This document shows, piece by piece, positions 1 through 14,850 of a stretch of DNA of 64,000 nucleotides (position 1 is the first letter of the stretch; each line of letters starts with the position of its first letter). The stretch comes from Octopus vulgaris (taxonomy: Eukaryota): positions 54,932,001 to 54,996,000 of the forward strand of contig OX597821.1 of assembly GCA_951406725.2 (NCBI GenBank), written 5' to 3'. A program made the position numbers and the translations under genes. Under the pieces are notes generated by a model. The model saw nothing but the letters and a program-made list of their open reading frames with translations. It made no database searches and was not told where the DNA came from.

Positions 1-860
1 ATAACTCTGAAAATTCAAGAGCTTTCAAGGATTATGCAAAGTTTAATCTACCTGGTTTGGTGTTCAAATAAGAAGGCATGGATGATTAGCAACCTATTTG
101 AAGTTTACAAGCATTTTTTCATCCTGTTGTTGAAATGTACAGACATAATATTTCAAACAAAGCATTGTTCTCTTTAGACAATACACCAAACTACCAAATA
201 GATTTAAATGAGCTTTCTGATAATGGGAGAGTAGAATAAACCTCCAAAATACAACTTCAACCAATGGATCAAGGATGACGGATAATTTGAAGGCAACTTA
301 TTTAAAAACTTTCAAACAATTTAGGAAAGTAATTGACAGGAAGGATAAACTTACAATTCGATTCTTAAGGAAGAAATTGAACATACTGGCTACTGTAGCT
401 GTCATACATCAGTCATGGAATGAAGTGAATTCCCCAACTTTAAATGGTGCTTACAAAACTATATGGCCTGACTATATTTATGACCTTACAAGCTTTCAAC
501 AAAAAGAAATTCTATATCAAATTCAGAAAGATTTTGTGACATTTGTAAGGGGTACAAGGTTTGAAGAAGTCATAGTGGATGGTGGTTGAGTTTGCTAACG
601 ACTAATAGAGAAGCATTATCTACTCAGGAGTTGATGCTGTTAGAACAAGATCAAGCAGAGGAAAGAGATGAGAATACAGAAATTCCACTGACTCTACTTA
701 AATTAACTGCAACAAATATTGCTAAAATGTTGATCTATGTAGAAGAAAGCCGGCAACTTACGTTATTTTGATAATGACCTTTATTGTAAATATAACATAG
801 AAATTAGCAGAGAGTTCAGTTCCTACACAGAGCTAGACAAAGATATGATGCACTTTAAAC
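1..860 (+). mobile_element. Tigger/pogo-family DDE transposase remnant (frameshifted)
   Basis: Across frameshifts it reads SENSRAFKDYAK..LP, SNKKAWMISNLF, KALFSLDNTP, PP..TT..PMDQG and NLKATYL, matching Tigger DDE_1 motifs (SENPRAL, NKKAWMT, LLLDNAP, QPMDQG). The supplied ORFs 275-589 and 586-771 are pieces of it. Confidence 0.85.
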
Positions 861-2784
861 ATCAAACAGATGTTGATGATAATGAAATATAAAATAAAAG
901 ATAGTGTCCCACATCCTCTCATTCCAACACCATCCCTTACATAAGAGGCAACAACTTCTGTGATTACAACATACCTTGTTACAATATTGCAAGTCTAATT
1001 TGTTTTGAAAATGTATTCTTGTTAAATTCTTTTATATATGCATACTGTACAGAGTATGTTTAGAAATTGTTATTTTTCTAAAAAAAATTAGCTGTGTTGT
1101 TTTTTCTTTTCTTTTTCTGAAAAAGATCTGTCAGAATGCATCTCACTTCATAACATGAAAATCAATGGGAAAATTAGTATTTTGTTATATATATATGTGT
1201 GTGTGTGGGAATAAGTATGAATATACCTGATATGCTATATTTAATTCTATGCATTCAATTAGAAAGTAGAATTAGTGTCTTTTCATAACACACTGGATTT
1301 CTTTATTTTTTTTTTGCACAGTAAAGTTATGTTTGAAGGAGCTAAAGAATTGTTTCTAAATTTTAATATTTTTATTGTCAACAATTAAATATAGCAATAA
1401 TGTATGACAATCAAGCAGCAACATTACCAGCTCTCTGTTTCTCTATCTCTCTCCTTTGTTTTACCACACATACATTTTCCACCACTAAAGTCACTAAACT
1501 GACAGGTATGAAGTTATTTGCAACACAGACAAACCTCCCTAATACACAGATATGTTACCTCCTTTATCTGTCTCTTCTGTCATCAACAGAGTTATATCTG
1601 ATACCCAATCCTCTAAGGTGCTGGGGAACTTCTTTATGCCATCTCAACAACTAGTCTCTGTGGACCTATGCATGTCAGGCATACACCCCCTTTCGTGCAG
1701 ACCCAAAAATTAAATTACTAATTTTAAGAATCTACATCGATTTATGGTTTGAGAAAGAGAGATAACATGTACATGGCCTTAAGTGCTCTGTAGCTCATTC
1801 TTTGTTAGGGTTGAATAGCCAATCCCTGCCAGCCTGGATTCACAATATGGGTTGTACTACACATTTTTTGATTGCTTAATACAAAACAGTTTCACAAGAC
1901 TTCCGTTTTAGGGGATTTTACTGAGTTACCATCTCTTGTACACCAATTTGTCACAAGGTTAACCATCTACAGTTGAGTGGACTGGAGCAATATGTAATGC
2001 TCAAAGACATAATGTACAGTTGGCCTGGGAATTGGAACCAGTATCTCAAGATTGAGCGCAACAGCCTAACCACTATGATATGCACCTGCACACATTATTG
2101 GGTGGCTGTTGACTCATCCACCCTTAGAAAGGTTGGTTATTTTCATCCTGCTATGTATCCAATAAATTACCCTCCTCACCAAGCAAGCTTGGTGGAGTTA
2201 CTAATATAGTTGCTGACCTGACAATATGACAAGTTAGCTCTGAAGCTAAAATAAGATCCAATAAAGACAAAAACTGTCAGACATCCATACTGTTGGCTCT
2301 TAAATATTAATCTAGAAAGAAATTTAAAATAGATTTTCATGAAGAATTAATCAGAGATTTATGGTTTGGCCAGAGCCAAGAAAGGTCAGAAAAAATATTA
2401 ATTATTTTCACTTAATTCTTTTTATCGTTGTGTCAGATGTGAGGAGGTCATCATATACATTTTCTGTATAACAAATAGATTGTTAGATGTTGATTTAGTA
2501 GTTTAGTACATAAGCGAGGAATGTGTGACTTTATTTGTTGCATACATCATTGAATAATAGTTAAAATATTGACCATGTGAGTCTTTTTTTTGTCCAAAAC
2601 AGATTGCTTTATGTTCAAGCTATATTTATTATTAAATGTCACTTCTGTCAAACCATATCTATCACTTTTCTGTTTTAGAACATTAGAGGTCTTCTCAACA
2701 CTGTCATACAAAATTTATTTTCTTTAAAACACTTTTTCCTATATTCCTTTTTGACAAGTAGAATACTGAAGTGAAAGAACACTA

Positions 2785-2897
<113 letters not shown>

Positions 2898-3645
2898 TCT
2901 ATAAAAATTATAATTCACAACAAAAAGTTATGTATGGAATTAAATAGTAGTAGGATAAAAATGAAAAATATCCAATAAACAACAATTTTTTTCCGGCTGA
3001 ATGAAAACATTGCAGGAACATAACAAAGGAAGATGAATTGCAATAAAATTCTTCAGTGACACAATCAAAAATAAACATTTTGGAATTCTCAAACATATTT
3101 GTTGATATAAAATCTGATTTGTTGCTTGTTAGGATGTATTATCAACAGGAACCAAAGCAAAAATCACTGATCATTACAAATAAGGTAGTTAGTGGCTGAT
3201 AACCACAAAGAAACTGCTCGTTTATTTTTTTGAAAAATTTTCTGCCTTATTGTTGAAGACTTCCTGAAGAAGCCATTCTTAGGGAGCCGCGACATGATGC
3301 TTCAACATGTTAAAAATGGCAGTCAGTCTCTCTCAAGTCATTTTTTTACAATCTTAACAGGGTAAAGAAACACTGGATAATATAATGCAGTCTTATCTAC
3401 CGACTAAAAAGAAAATTATAGACACATCTGGAATATGGTTGTCTATAAGTTTATTTTCACTTATTAATAGCAACAACAACCACATAATATATGTGATGGA
3501 CAGTTGGTGGGTAGAGTGTAATTGATTAGAGGTCAGCTAAATCAGGACTGCTCTGGGGCTAATCAAGAATTAAAAAATTAAAAATGCTTGAGTGGTTCTC
3601 AATGAAATACTGCATAAAAAAAGACTTCAATGATATCATTTAGGA

Positions 3646-4247
3646 CAGTGGTTCTCAACTGGGGTCCATATGGGTTAACATAAGATTTTTTGGGGTTCAT
3701 ACAACAAAATTTTAAATTGGGGATCTACAATTGCATTTTAAGAGACCCTGAAGAAATTTTTCTTTGTCAAGCTAATAAAATCCCTTTCTTCCACACCTAC
3801 AGGTTTATCCTTTCAGGTGCTGGTGCCACTTAAAAAGCACTCATGCCAGTGCTGCATTAATGAACTCATGCCAGTGGCATGTACAAAGAATCCAGCACAC
3901 TCTGCTAAGTGGTTGGCATTAGGAGGGGCATCCAGCCAGAGAAACCATGCAACAACAGAGAGTTGAAGTTTAGACAGCTCCCTACTAGCCAGCTCCATGT
4001 CAAACCACCTGACCCATGATGGGTATAATGTTGTATGTATTAGTATGTCTTGCAAGAAACAACTAGGTTTCTTTCTCATAATTTTTACAAAGTTTAACCT
4101 ACACTGGTTAATGCATGAAAAACAAAACAGGAAGTTTGAAAGGAGTTTCTATAAAATTATTTTTTAAACATCGACTGGCTACAGAAGTCTACAAGAATAA
4201 AATAGTAATCAAAGGGTCCATAGATAAAAAATGGTTGAGAACCCCCT
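3646..4247. mobile_element. hAT/Charlie-type MITE with a nested RTE 3'-UTR fragment (~3813-4025)
   Basis: Left end CAGTGGTTCTCAAC and right end GTTGAGAACCCC are Charlie-like TIRs. The internal segment matches the RTE tail family (GGTTGGCATTAGGAGGGGCATCCAGC). No clear target-site duplication. Confidence 0.7.
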
Positions 4248-5199
4248 AAATTTCAAGAAATTAGGAACCAACATCACATATATAAACAATCCTCAAACTA
4301 TTTTGCACCAAAGACCAGTTTCATGCATGACAATTTTTCCACAGACAGGAAGATCATGTGCATAACACAATAAAGTATATAATATAAAATTTAATTATAG
4401 AAAGACAGTGCACAACAGTGTTAAGGCTAGCACCCCAAAGTACTGCACCAACAATCCTCACTGCAAATAAGGACCAGAAAGAATATAATCCATGCTGACC
4501 GAGGAGGGTGGAGAGGATAATTTTGCCAAACAAGATGGAACACACAGACAAAGCCTTGGATAGGAATTTTGGAATATGAGGTTGGCGTCAACAAGAAAGG
4601 AGGTGAAACCAAAGGAAGATGCAATGGCTGTTGTAGAGTATTTAGGAGTGAACAGGCATGAAGATACATCAAAGCAAATCAAACTGCAAAGAGTACCCAG
4701 AACAACATAAAGCATCTGACAGTACTCAGGGGCTAGTTTTGAGAGTATCAGCACAGCTTGTTAGTCAGAGAAGGGCCAGAGCCAGGAGGAAAACCACAAT
4801 GCTCAGGGCCTCTCTGCTCAACTTGCTCAATGTACAACAGTAGAGGAATGAGAACAACCTGAGAGATTTGAGAAGAACCAAAGCTGAATTTGCCACCAGA
4901 AATAGATCTGAGATGGGCCTAGTTGGACAAGGACTTAAACATTATCCTGGATAACATTCTGAAATGTGACATTACCAGGAAGACAAGAACTATAGTGTAA
5001 GTAGCATATAAGGCATGCCAAGGTACCTTTGGCATGAAGGAAGCAAATACAACAAGCTGAATGGCTCTAGTAGGAGGCAACATCAAATAGCAGAAGTAAA
5101 GGTGGGAAGAAGCAGAAAAAAAGTGCCTTTAAACCAACTTGGCATGGAGATACAAAAAAACCTCCTCAGTTTTTGCAGAACAGTCAAGAGAGAAAGAGG

Positions 5200-5201
5200 G
5201 A

Positions 5202-5245
<44 letters not shown>

Positions 5246-5268
5246 GAGAGAGAGAGAAAGAAAGAAAG
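5200..5268. repeat. (GA)n microsatellite
   Basis: GA run, which explains the poly-RE/LS ORFs here. Confidence 0.95.
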
Positions 5269-5558
5269 GTAAAGGAAGGCCATGTTTAACAACTCCTTCC
5301 TGTTCACAGCTGACTTCATCAGAAAGCCAAAAATTGGGAGGTTGATATTCTCTAAATAAGTGGTGGAGATCACAGAAGCAGCAATGCATGGTATTTCCTA
5401 GAAGAGACATTCCATTAGGAGATTGTCCCTCTCCACTGTTAAATAATCAGAAAATATAAAAGTAAAAAATAAAATAAATTGGCTTTCAAGAAAAATATGG
5501 TCTCTAAGAAATATTTTCCGAAGAAAGTTAGGTTAACTTTTAATTTAGATAAATAAGC

Positions 5559-5715
5559 ATAGGAGTGGCTGTGTGTGGTAAGTAGCTTGCTTACCAGCCA
5601 CATAGTTCCAGGTTCAGTCCCACTGCATGGCAACTTTGGCAAGTGTCTTCTACTATAGCCTTGGGCCAAGCAAAGCCTTGTGAGTGAATTTGGTAGACAG
5701 AAACTGAAAGAAGCC

Positions 5716-5773
<58 letters not shown>

Positions 5774-5839
5774 AGTTAATCCAAACAACAAAACACAAAA
5801 AAAAACACAGAAAAAAAAACACAGCAACGCGAGGACGTG

Positions 5840-5886
<47 letters not shown>

Positions 5887-6118
5887 TATGCATGTGTGTA
5901 TATGTCTGTGTGTCTGTGTTTTTCTCCCCAACATCGCTTGACAACCAATGCTGGTGTGTTTACATCCCCGTAACTTAGTGGTTCGGCAAAAGACACCAAT
6001 AGAATAAGTACTAGGCTTACTAAGAATAAGGACTGGGGTCAATTTGCTCGACTGAAGGTGGTGCTCCAGCATGGCCACAGTCAAATAACTGAAACAAGTA
6101 AAAGAGAGTAAAAGAGTA
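5559..6118 (+). mobile_element. tRNA-derived SINE family A (bipartite, internal TA/TG microsatellite)
   Basis: Head has A-box-like TGGCTGTGTGG and B-box-like GGTTCAGTCCC. The 3' half ends CAAGTAAAAGAG repeats. More than 10 copies in the window. Confidence 0.9.
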
Positions 6119-6385
6119 ACAGAATAAATGAGTAAATAAAATGAATTAAATGATGAAAAGACAAAGACAGAAAGGTATTATTGGAATTACACAGAATGCT
6201 GCTTTTGAGCAAAATCACATGTACCAACCTATCATTCTTTAGAAAATGGTTCTATCTTATTACACATCTCTTCTTCCAAAGCCAATTTTTTTGATAAACC
6301 TATTTTGTTATTTACTTTTCTATTTTTATGATTATTTGAAATTTCATTACCTTCTCAAAACAAACATTGTATATATATACTCAAA

Positions 6386-6790
6386 GGTGTAAGGGTGCCT
6401 GTGTGGTAAGTAGCTTGATTGCCAATAACATGGTTCCGGGTTCAGTCCCACTGCATGGCACCTTGGGCAAGTGTCTTCTACTATAGCCTCGGGCCGACCA
6501 AAGCCTTGTGAGTGGATTTGGTAGACAGAAACTGAAAGAAGCCCATCGTATATATGTATATGTATGTGTGTGTATATATTTGTGTGTCTGTGTTTGTTCC
6601 CCCACCATGGCACAACAACTCATGTTGGTGTGTTTACATCCCTGTAACTTAGTGGTTTGGCAAAGGAGACTAATAAAATAAGTACTAGGCTTACAAAGAA
6701 TAAGGCGTGGGGTCGATTTGCCCGACTAAAGGTGGTGCTCCAGCATGGCCGCAGTCAAATGACTGAAACAAGTAAAAGACTAAAGAGAGA
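6386..6790 (+). mobile_element. SINE family A copy
   Basis: Colinear with 5559-6118. Confidence 0.9.
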
Positions 6791-6796
6791 GAGAGC

Positions 6797-6830
<34 letters not shown>

Positions 6831-7073
6831 CTCAAATTAAAATCCAGAAAATGGAGAAGTAGAATTAATATATTTAATATAATTTATTAACTGCAAAAAT
6901 TCAACAGATTTTAATTTGAATATTATAAACCAAGTTTTATATTTAAAACTATTATCTTTAGGGATATTAATATTCACAACAAAATAATAGGTAAAAAATC
7001 AGTAATTCTTTGGATATTTTCTATCCCTTAAGATGGTTATTTTAACAACTATTTAAATTTACTTATATATGTA

Positions 7074-7197
<124 letters not shown>

Positions 7198-8219
7198 TAG
7201 ATAGATATACATACACACACACACCATATATATATATATACATATACACATATATATATTAGATATATATATATATATGTTTTCTTAAGATATGCTCATT
7301 TGGGAGCAAGCACAACCTAATTAATTTACTAAATTCAGAATGTTGAGTGAAATATATTGATTCATTTAAACCATAGATTATAGCTTTATAGAGGTGTTTT
7401 GATTACCATGATCTCTTCGGAGTTAATGAGTTTGTTAATATAAGATCTGGTTGAGGAGAAGCTAATTTATAAAACCTACAACTGGCAGTTGTGTGCGTGT
7501 ATGCATGTGTGTGTGTGAGTGGATGTATCTATGTGGGTATTTATGTATGGTGAGATTGTTTTTCCTTTCAATATACTTTATCTTAGCTACAGGAAAATAA
7601 TCATCCATCCAAAACTGTAAATTATTATGAAGCCATTAAAAGATTTTTATAATAATTTGAAATTTGTTATCCTTTTCTCCTTGGAAAGTCCATCATCTTC
7701 ACTATCTTAGTTGCTGTCACCACCATCATCGTCAATATCTTTATCTTCATGGTTGTCATCATTATCTTCCTTTTATTTGTCAAATTTTCAATATCTCAGA
7801 TAAGGGAGATTCTAATAATATTATGCAGTATATTCTCTCTCCTAAGCATTTTAAAATGTCTGTAATGTTTAGCTAGAGAGAATGGTGTTGCTACTGCTAA
7901 CAGTGGAAAGAAATGGGAGATAATGGGTGGTGATGAGAAAAATAAGGATGCTGTTGTCACTAAGGCTACTGCTGATGTTAATGAAGATGAAATTAATTTA
8001 GAGTCAATTTCAGTTCCAAAGTCTTTAACTTAATTTCCTTTATAGTCACAAAATTTTAAATTTTCTTAATTTTCCTCTGGGTTTAGAATATTCAATTTGC
8101 TATTTCTTGTCACATGAGTGATATCAATTCTTAAGTTATGAAAAAGGTATTAAATTTAATAACTACTTCTCATTTGAACAAAAAGTTGATTATATTATGT
8201 AGTTGATGCTTTCTTAAGA

Positions 8220-8386
8220 TGTGTGGGTTCGGCTATGTGGTAAGAAGCTTGCTTCTCAACCACATGGTTCTGGGTTCAGTCCCACTGTGTGGTACCTTGG
8301 ACAAGTGTGTTCTACATAGCCGCAAGTCAGCCAAAGCCTTGTGAATGGATTTGATAGATGGAAACTGCAAGAAGCTCATTGTATAT

Positions 8387-8424
<38 letters not shown>

Positions 8425-8630
8425 CTTTGTGTTTGTCCCACACCAATACTTGACAATTGGTGTTGGTGTGTTTATGTCTCCACAACTTGGTGGTTTGGCA
8501 AAAGAGGCTGATATAATAAGTACCAGGCTTAAAAAAGTATTAAGTACTGGAGTTGTATCATTTGACTAAACTTCCTCAAGACAGTGCCCCAGTATGGCTG
8601 CATTCCAATGATTGAACAAGTTAAAAGTAA
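8220..8630 (+). mobile_element. SINE family A copy (diverged)
   Basis: Same head, internal (TG)n and 3' half. Confidence 0.85.
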
Positions 8631-10065
8631 AAGGATCAATTGGTTAATGTGTTGGGTTCATGATCATAAAATTGTGAATTTTGTTCCTGACACTGTTGAC
8701 ATATTATGTCCTTGAGCAAGGCACATCATCTCATGTTCCTCCAATCTAATCAGCTGCAAATGAACAGCAACCACCTTCAGATGCAGTATTCTTTCTCCAG
8801 CTATTTCATCTGCAATTTCCTGCTGAACAGAATTGGAAGGGTTGAGAGAGTGTCTATATCTCCTCATGACTACATAGACACCTAAAGCAATTCATAAAAA
8901 TCTGGTACAAGCTACTGGTCAAACTAACTTGCAAGTGATGGCTAAAGTTCTAAAGTTTATTTTGTACAAGAAGTTGCTTAAAATAATTATTTCCTTTGAA
9001 CTGGGCATATTTTACTCCAATAGAAATCAGTCCAAAAATCTAGGTATGCATATATGGTTAAGATGTTAAGAAATTCACTTTTATAATCTTGTTGCGTCTT
9101 GAGTTAGATTTGATGGTTTGATCGAATGACTTCAGGTCAATCAAATAGAACTGTACCTGTTGCAGTGTGGCAGCTTTAATCTATCACCCCATTGAAAATC
9201 CATCAACTGTCCCTTAGATTATTTTAGCAGTGATCGCTCTGTTTCAAACATCCTAGGCAAGTTTCTGATATAAAGATAACTTCTTTCCATCTCCCCATCT
9301 TGTTACTACAAAAGATCACTGACTCATTTTATTCCACTTTTTTTATCTCTGCTTCAGTAAAAGTTCAGTCAGTTTTGTTACCCAGTTGACTCTGCCTAGG
9401 TCTAACATTTATATTTTCTCACTCAAAATCTTAATACAATATATCCAAAAAACTCCCTTATGAAAATCAAACTGAAATACAATGTTCCTCAGATATACTA
9501 ATATAGATACACCCATCTACATACAATGATACACTAACTTGGATAATTGTAATTTCTCTTTCATTGCTCATGGTTTATACATGGGACTATAGACTTATTC
9601 ATACTTGTGCATGCAGACACATATCTTTCCTACAAGTGTTGACTTACAAATGTCTAAGAGAAACATTAATGGCATTAATCTTATCAGTCTAGAAAGGCCT
9701 GCAAAGGGCATGAGCACTGGTCCTTTTTCAGAACCTAACAAGTGAGGAAATAAAGATTTCAACTTAATATATATTTATTCTTAATCTATAAAACAAAAAG
9801 TACAGAAATATTTGTGAACACAATAGAACTAATATCACTAGATTTGCATACACAACTACACTCACTTGTGTAAACATGAGCTTAAGGATTTACTATTCAA
9901 ACAGGAAGAGATTGACTCTCTGCCACTTACAATATCGGCAATAACCTCAGATATGAAATGTACTTGTTAACAGGAACAATGCAGATGGACACCATAGTAT
10001 TAGCTACTACTTTCTTCTTTGTATATATTATGCTATACTATATGCGGTATATATTATACTATGTG

Positions 10066-10295
10066 TGGTGAGCTGGCAGACACGTTAGTGCACTGGGCGA
10101 AATGCTTGGCGGTATTTCGTCTGTCGTTACATTCTGAGTTCAAATTCCGCCGAGGTCAAGTTTGCCTTTCATCCTTTCGGGGTCGATAAATAAAGTACCA
10201 GTTTTGCACTGGGGTCGATATAATCGACTCAATCCCTTCGTCTGTCCTTGTTTGTCCCTTCTATATTTAGCCCCTTCTGGGCAGTAAAGAAATAT
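10066..10295 (+). mobile_element. tRNA-derived SINE family B (Meta/Sauria-like central domain)
   Basis: GGTGAGCTGGCAGA head, B box GAGTTCAAATTCC and central GCCTTTCATCCTTTCGGGGTCGATAAA..AGTACCAG. Further copies at ~18975-19100(-), 22300-22442(-), 51086-51315(+) and 58605-58835(-). Confidence 0.85.
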
Positions 10296-10306
10296 ATATA
10301 TTATAC

Positions 10307-10715
10307 TACTCTTTTACTCTTTTACTTGTTTCAGTCATTTGACTGCAACCATGCTGGAGCACCGCCTTTAGTCGAGCAAATCGACCCCGGGACTTATTCT
10401 TTGTAAGCCCAGTACTTATTCTATCGGTCTCTTGCCGAACCACTAAGTGACAGGGACGTAAACACACCAGCATCGGTTGTCAAGTGATGTTGGGGGACGG
10501 GGGACAAACACAGACACACAAACACACGCACACACATATACATATATACATATATACGACAGGCTTTTTTCAGTTTCCGTCTACCAAATCCACTCACAAG
10601 GCATTGGTCGGCCCGGGGCTATAGCAGAAGACACTTGCCCAAGATGCCACGCAGTGGGACTGAACCCGGAACCATGTGGCTGGTTAGCAAGCTACTTACA
10701 ACACAAACCCCTTCC
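10307..10715 (-). mobile_element. SINE family A copy
   Basis: Reverse complement of family A, tail-to-tail with the family B copy. Confidence 0.9.
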
Positions 10716-11501
10716 TATAGATTATTCCCAGCAATCTGTCATCCTACCCACCAACTGTATATATTTGAGCTATGCTTGTAACAAAAGTAATACTGTGGAA
10801 TATTAGTTACTACCATTGCCCTCATTACACTGTATAACATCTAGCCCATAATTCTTAACACACCAACCAGATTGGGCTTCAGCTGTTCCCAATCATCACT
10901 GCCTGGGTCAATATTGTATGGAGGGACCATATAATATTCTATGCTCCTGCATGAATATACACTGGGTGTTAAATGGCTGTTTGTGGTATAGCTCAGATTG
11001 CCTGCAGTATGTGTGTGTGATACATACCACCATAACACCATTTAATATCTTACTGTTACACTTGTGGAATCTAACATACATAAATGTGCTAAAGAAAGGC
11101 ATACAATGATAGGAGTCTGAAAGTGTATGAAATCACATTTGAAGGGAGAGAGGCCACCAAGCAAAATGCCTGCTTATGCATATGAGTGTGTGGGTACATA
11201 TATGTGGGTGTGCATGTGTATATAACTGATTTTATATAAGTAATGAGGTGTGCGAATGCACTCATGTGCATATGCATGTAAGTGTGAAGATATCTATGCA
11301 TACATGAGTGTGTGTATGTGTGCATGTGTGTGTGTTTGGGCATAGTTAGATGTGTATGTATTTGTGTAGTTGGACAATTAGAATGGTTTTTATTTATGAA
11401 AACTAAATGCCATATCTGCCAAACTGGAACTCTTTGGACCATAATAAACAGATAAGTCTACTATCATACTTTTATTCATTGAAAAATGCTAGTGACTGTA
11501 G

Positions 11502-11861
11502 TTATTACCTCTGCCTTCTCTAAGGAGAAGGTTTTGTTTTCAGTCATGTTTGTTTGTCTATGGACAAGATATCTCAAGAACCACTGGATGGATTCGGATG
11601 AAACTTTCAGGGATGTTTTGCCCCGTGACTGGCACAAACTGAGTAGACTCTGGGATCGATCTGGACAAGGATTCTGGATTATTTTTCTTGGTTTTTACTT
11701 AATTTTTGAGAGTGGTCAGGTTTATTTTTAGTATTCTTGTTAGTGAGAGCAGTCGAGTTTATTTCACATATTTTCATTTTAAAAGTCATCTCTGGCTAAT
11801 TGTTGAGAGGACGTTGGTGATGCCTTGGCAGAGATTTGCACTCTCTGTGTGTGCTCTTGTT
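11502..11861 (+). mobile_element. HINE/DINE-1-like (Helentron-associated) non-autonomous element
   Basis: TTATTACCTCTGCC start, (GTTT)n block, GGATGGATTCGGATGAAACTT core, subterminal inverted GGCAGAG, 3' hairpin GCAC..GTGC, ending in TT. Confidence 0.7.
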
Positions 11862-14259
11862 ATTACTACTACTATAACCCAAGGCTATTCTATCTCACTG
11901 TCTCCACTTTTCTCAACTGTGTGTGTATGTGAGGGATACACCTAAATGTGTGTGTATGATAAGTGTGAATGAGTATGCCTAAATGTGTGTGTGTGTGTGT
12001 GTATGAGTGCATGTTTGTATGCCTACATTTGTGCATGCATATGAGTGCATGAGGGTATGCCGAAATGTCTGTATGAGTGTATGTGTTTGAATGCATGTGG
12101 GTATGACTAAATATGTTGTGTGTGTATGCATGCATGTTTGTATGCCAAAAGGTGTGGTTATTTGAGTGCATGTGGGTATGCCAAAATGTGTTTGTATGGC
12201 CATCACTATTCTCTTCCCTCTTTTTCTCTCACTTTATCATCATAATCCTGGTATCTTACCTTCTGTCTCCCTCTATTAACCCATATATACCCCTGATTGC
12301 GTTTTTGCAATGCAAAACCTGCTCCTACTCATTTGGACATGAAGTCGTTGGGAAGCATCTGACTGAGCATACAAAATGTTAAGTAGGTAGTCTACACCCC
12401 TAACTAACAGTTGCATACTGTCCTTCTCTTCCAGATTGTGAAAGCTTACCATAACGTTTAATCTAAATACATTTTTTTATGAGCATATATGGGTTAACAG
12501 GTTGAATAAACTGTTTATATATAATATGAATGACTAGGGTATATAAAAGCATGCAATGAACATCATATTGTATTTTAGGTGTAATACTAAGGAAGAAAGT
12601 CAATTGTTTTGTATCACCTTACATTACATTACATTACAAGTGATACAAGAGGCAGAGGCAGAAATGTTGATAAAGGTAATTACATTGATAGATTCGTATG
12701 TATGTATGAATACATGCATGCCTGTGTATGTGTGTTGTTAGGCCGAAAGGTAAAGAGAGAGAGAGAGAGAAAGAGAGAGTGAATGAGAGGGAGAGAGAGA
12801 AAAAGAGGGAGAGAGGGAGACAAACATTGTGTACTTACTAGTTGATTGATAAAAGGATTAATTCATGAAAAAAAACTCCATCAACAAAATATGTAAATCA
12901 TATTCTAAAATGGAATGTATTTGATATTTTAGAGTTAGATAAAGAAAATCAGAATATAAATGGAAAATTTACAAGGAGTGTGTTATTCTACCTCATTTAG
13001 CTGGAAAGATTTAAAATTGTATAAGCCTATAAGACACTGCCAGATGAAATTGCTTTGTTGGCACATGTAGAAATGCTAAGAGTGGCATTTTAACTTTCAT
13101 ACTTTCATATTTTCAATAACCAGTGTAAGTTACATACATAAAGTCCTGAATCATTCTGGTAAAAAGCCAACCTGTGACATGTTTTGTTTAGTCTAGTGTA
13201 AATAAGAAAGAGTAGGTGGGTATGGTTTATCAGAAATTGGAATATTGACTGACTAAATGCCTTGAAGTATTTAAATCAATGTCCGTAAACTTCTGAGCGC
13301 ATATCTCATTAGATATATCTTTGCTTTTCATCTCCCAATGAAATCAGTTCTAGTAAAATCAATGATATAAATATGGGCACAAGTACTATTGTGTGGTTGG
13401 GAATGTTTATTTGTGAACCATGTGTCCTGGGTTTCATTGCATTACACAGCACCTTGGAAAAGTGTATTCTAATGTAGCTTTGGGTTTGATTGATATGTTA
13501 TAAATAAAATTTTATGGATAAAAACTGTGTAGAATCTACTAGTAATTAGTGTGGAGTGCACACTCAAGGGGTCATAAGTTAATTTTCCAGAATGGTTGGT
13601 TCTGTGTGTCCTTTAACAAGATACTTCATTTTATGTTGCTTCAGTTCACTCAGCTGAAAATGAGTACAGCTCTAACTCCAGCTGTTATGCCTTCAATATT
13701 CCACAAGGCCCAAGTATTGGAGGATAACTCCTATGTCTCCATTGGAATCTAAAACAATTAGCAGAGCACATTTACTTGCAAGTTAAGGCTGGGGTTTTGG
13801 TGTGCATGTGTGTGTGTGTGCACTTTCTAATGTTGAAACTATGTTTAAACTTTAAGTCTCAAACGGATTTAGATGTGCAGTTATTACCATCTTAAAGTAG
13901 TGCCAAAAAATTTCTAATGCAGTAAATTATTTACAAGAAACCTTCTAAACTGCCTAAGATATCACAAAAAAAGGTTCTTCCCAAATTTCAATGCTGCTTT
14001 TGTGCCTTTCAGGACAAAGCAATATGATTTTCTGTGCAAGGCAACCACAAGAGAAAAGCAGAGAATAATAGAAACCACTTTTTCTTTGCATGGCAGGAAA
14101 AAGAATTTTGGCAGTGTACCAAGAGATGCCATGTAGAGGAGTTTTCAATTTTTTGACTGCCCAAACTACTACATGACATTAGTCAGGTTGTGTTTTACAT
14201 CAAAAGCACTTTTGAACAGTTACTGGTTACATGTGGATAGAAGCATAATTACTATTTGG

Positions 14260-14850
14260 CACCTGCAATCTTCTTACACCTATCTGTAATTCTTTTTTGA
14301 ACTTCTCGTGACAATTCAGGTGTTGAAATTAAATTCCATTTTGATGGGGGATTATTTCACATGAGCAGATTTGGATCTCATTAATTACTAAGATCCAACA
14401 CATCTCACAACTTCAATGTGTCCATGGCAATGGTGCTTTCTATTCATAGACATCAGGAATACACAAAATCAGTCAACAAAGATCAGTGCATATAATTGTT
14501 TTGATCCCAGAATGAATATTAGGAAGACCAAAGTTCTTATCCAAGTTGCTCTGAAGACCTATCTCCATGATTTCAATATCATTATTTCTCATATACTTCT
14601 CAAGATCCCTTCCCCAGTATTGAAAGTCTTGTTTCTAAAAAATGTACTTCTGAAAATGATGTGGAACACAGAATTGGATCAGGCTATGTTGCATTTGGAG
14701 AATTTACAAAACGGATCTTTAGGAACAAATATCTAACCCTCAGATCAAAAGTAATGGTTTTCTTGACTGTTATCATTTGAATATTATCATGGGGACATCA
14801 ATATACTAGCACATTGCTACCACCACAAAATCTATATCATCTTAGACATC
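14260..14850 (+). mobile_element. RTE-clade LINE internal remnant
   Basis: Degenerate peptides GVEIKFHFDGGLF, NIRKTKVL and DVEHRIGSGYVAFG, typical of the RTE RT C-terminal region. Confidence 0.7.

Noticed and set aside
4480-4660. RTE C-terminal remnant
   Set aside because: Only vague peptide similarity, too degraded to call.
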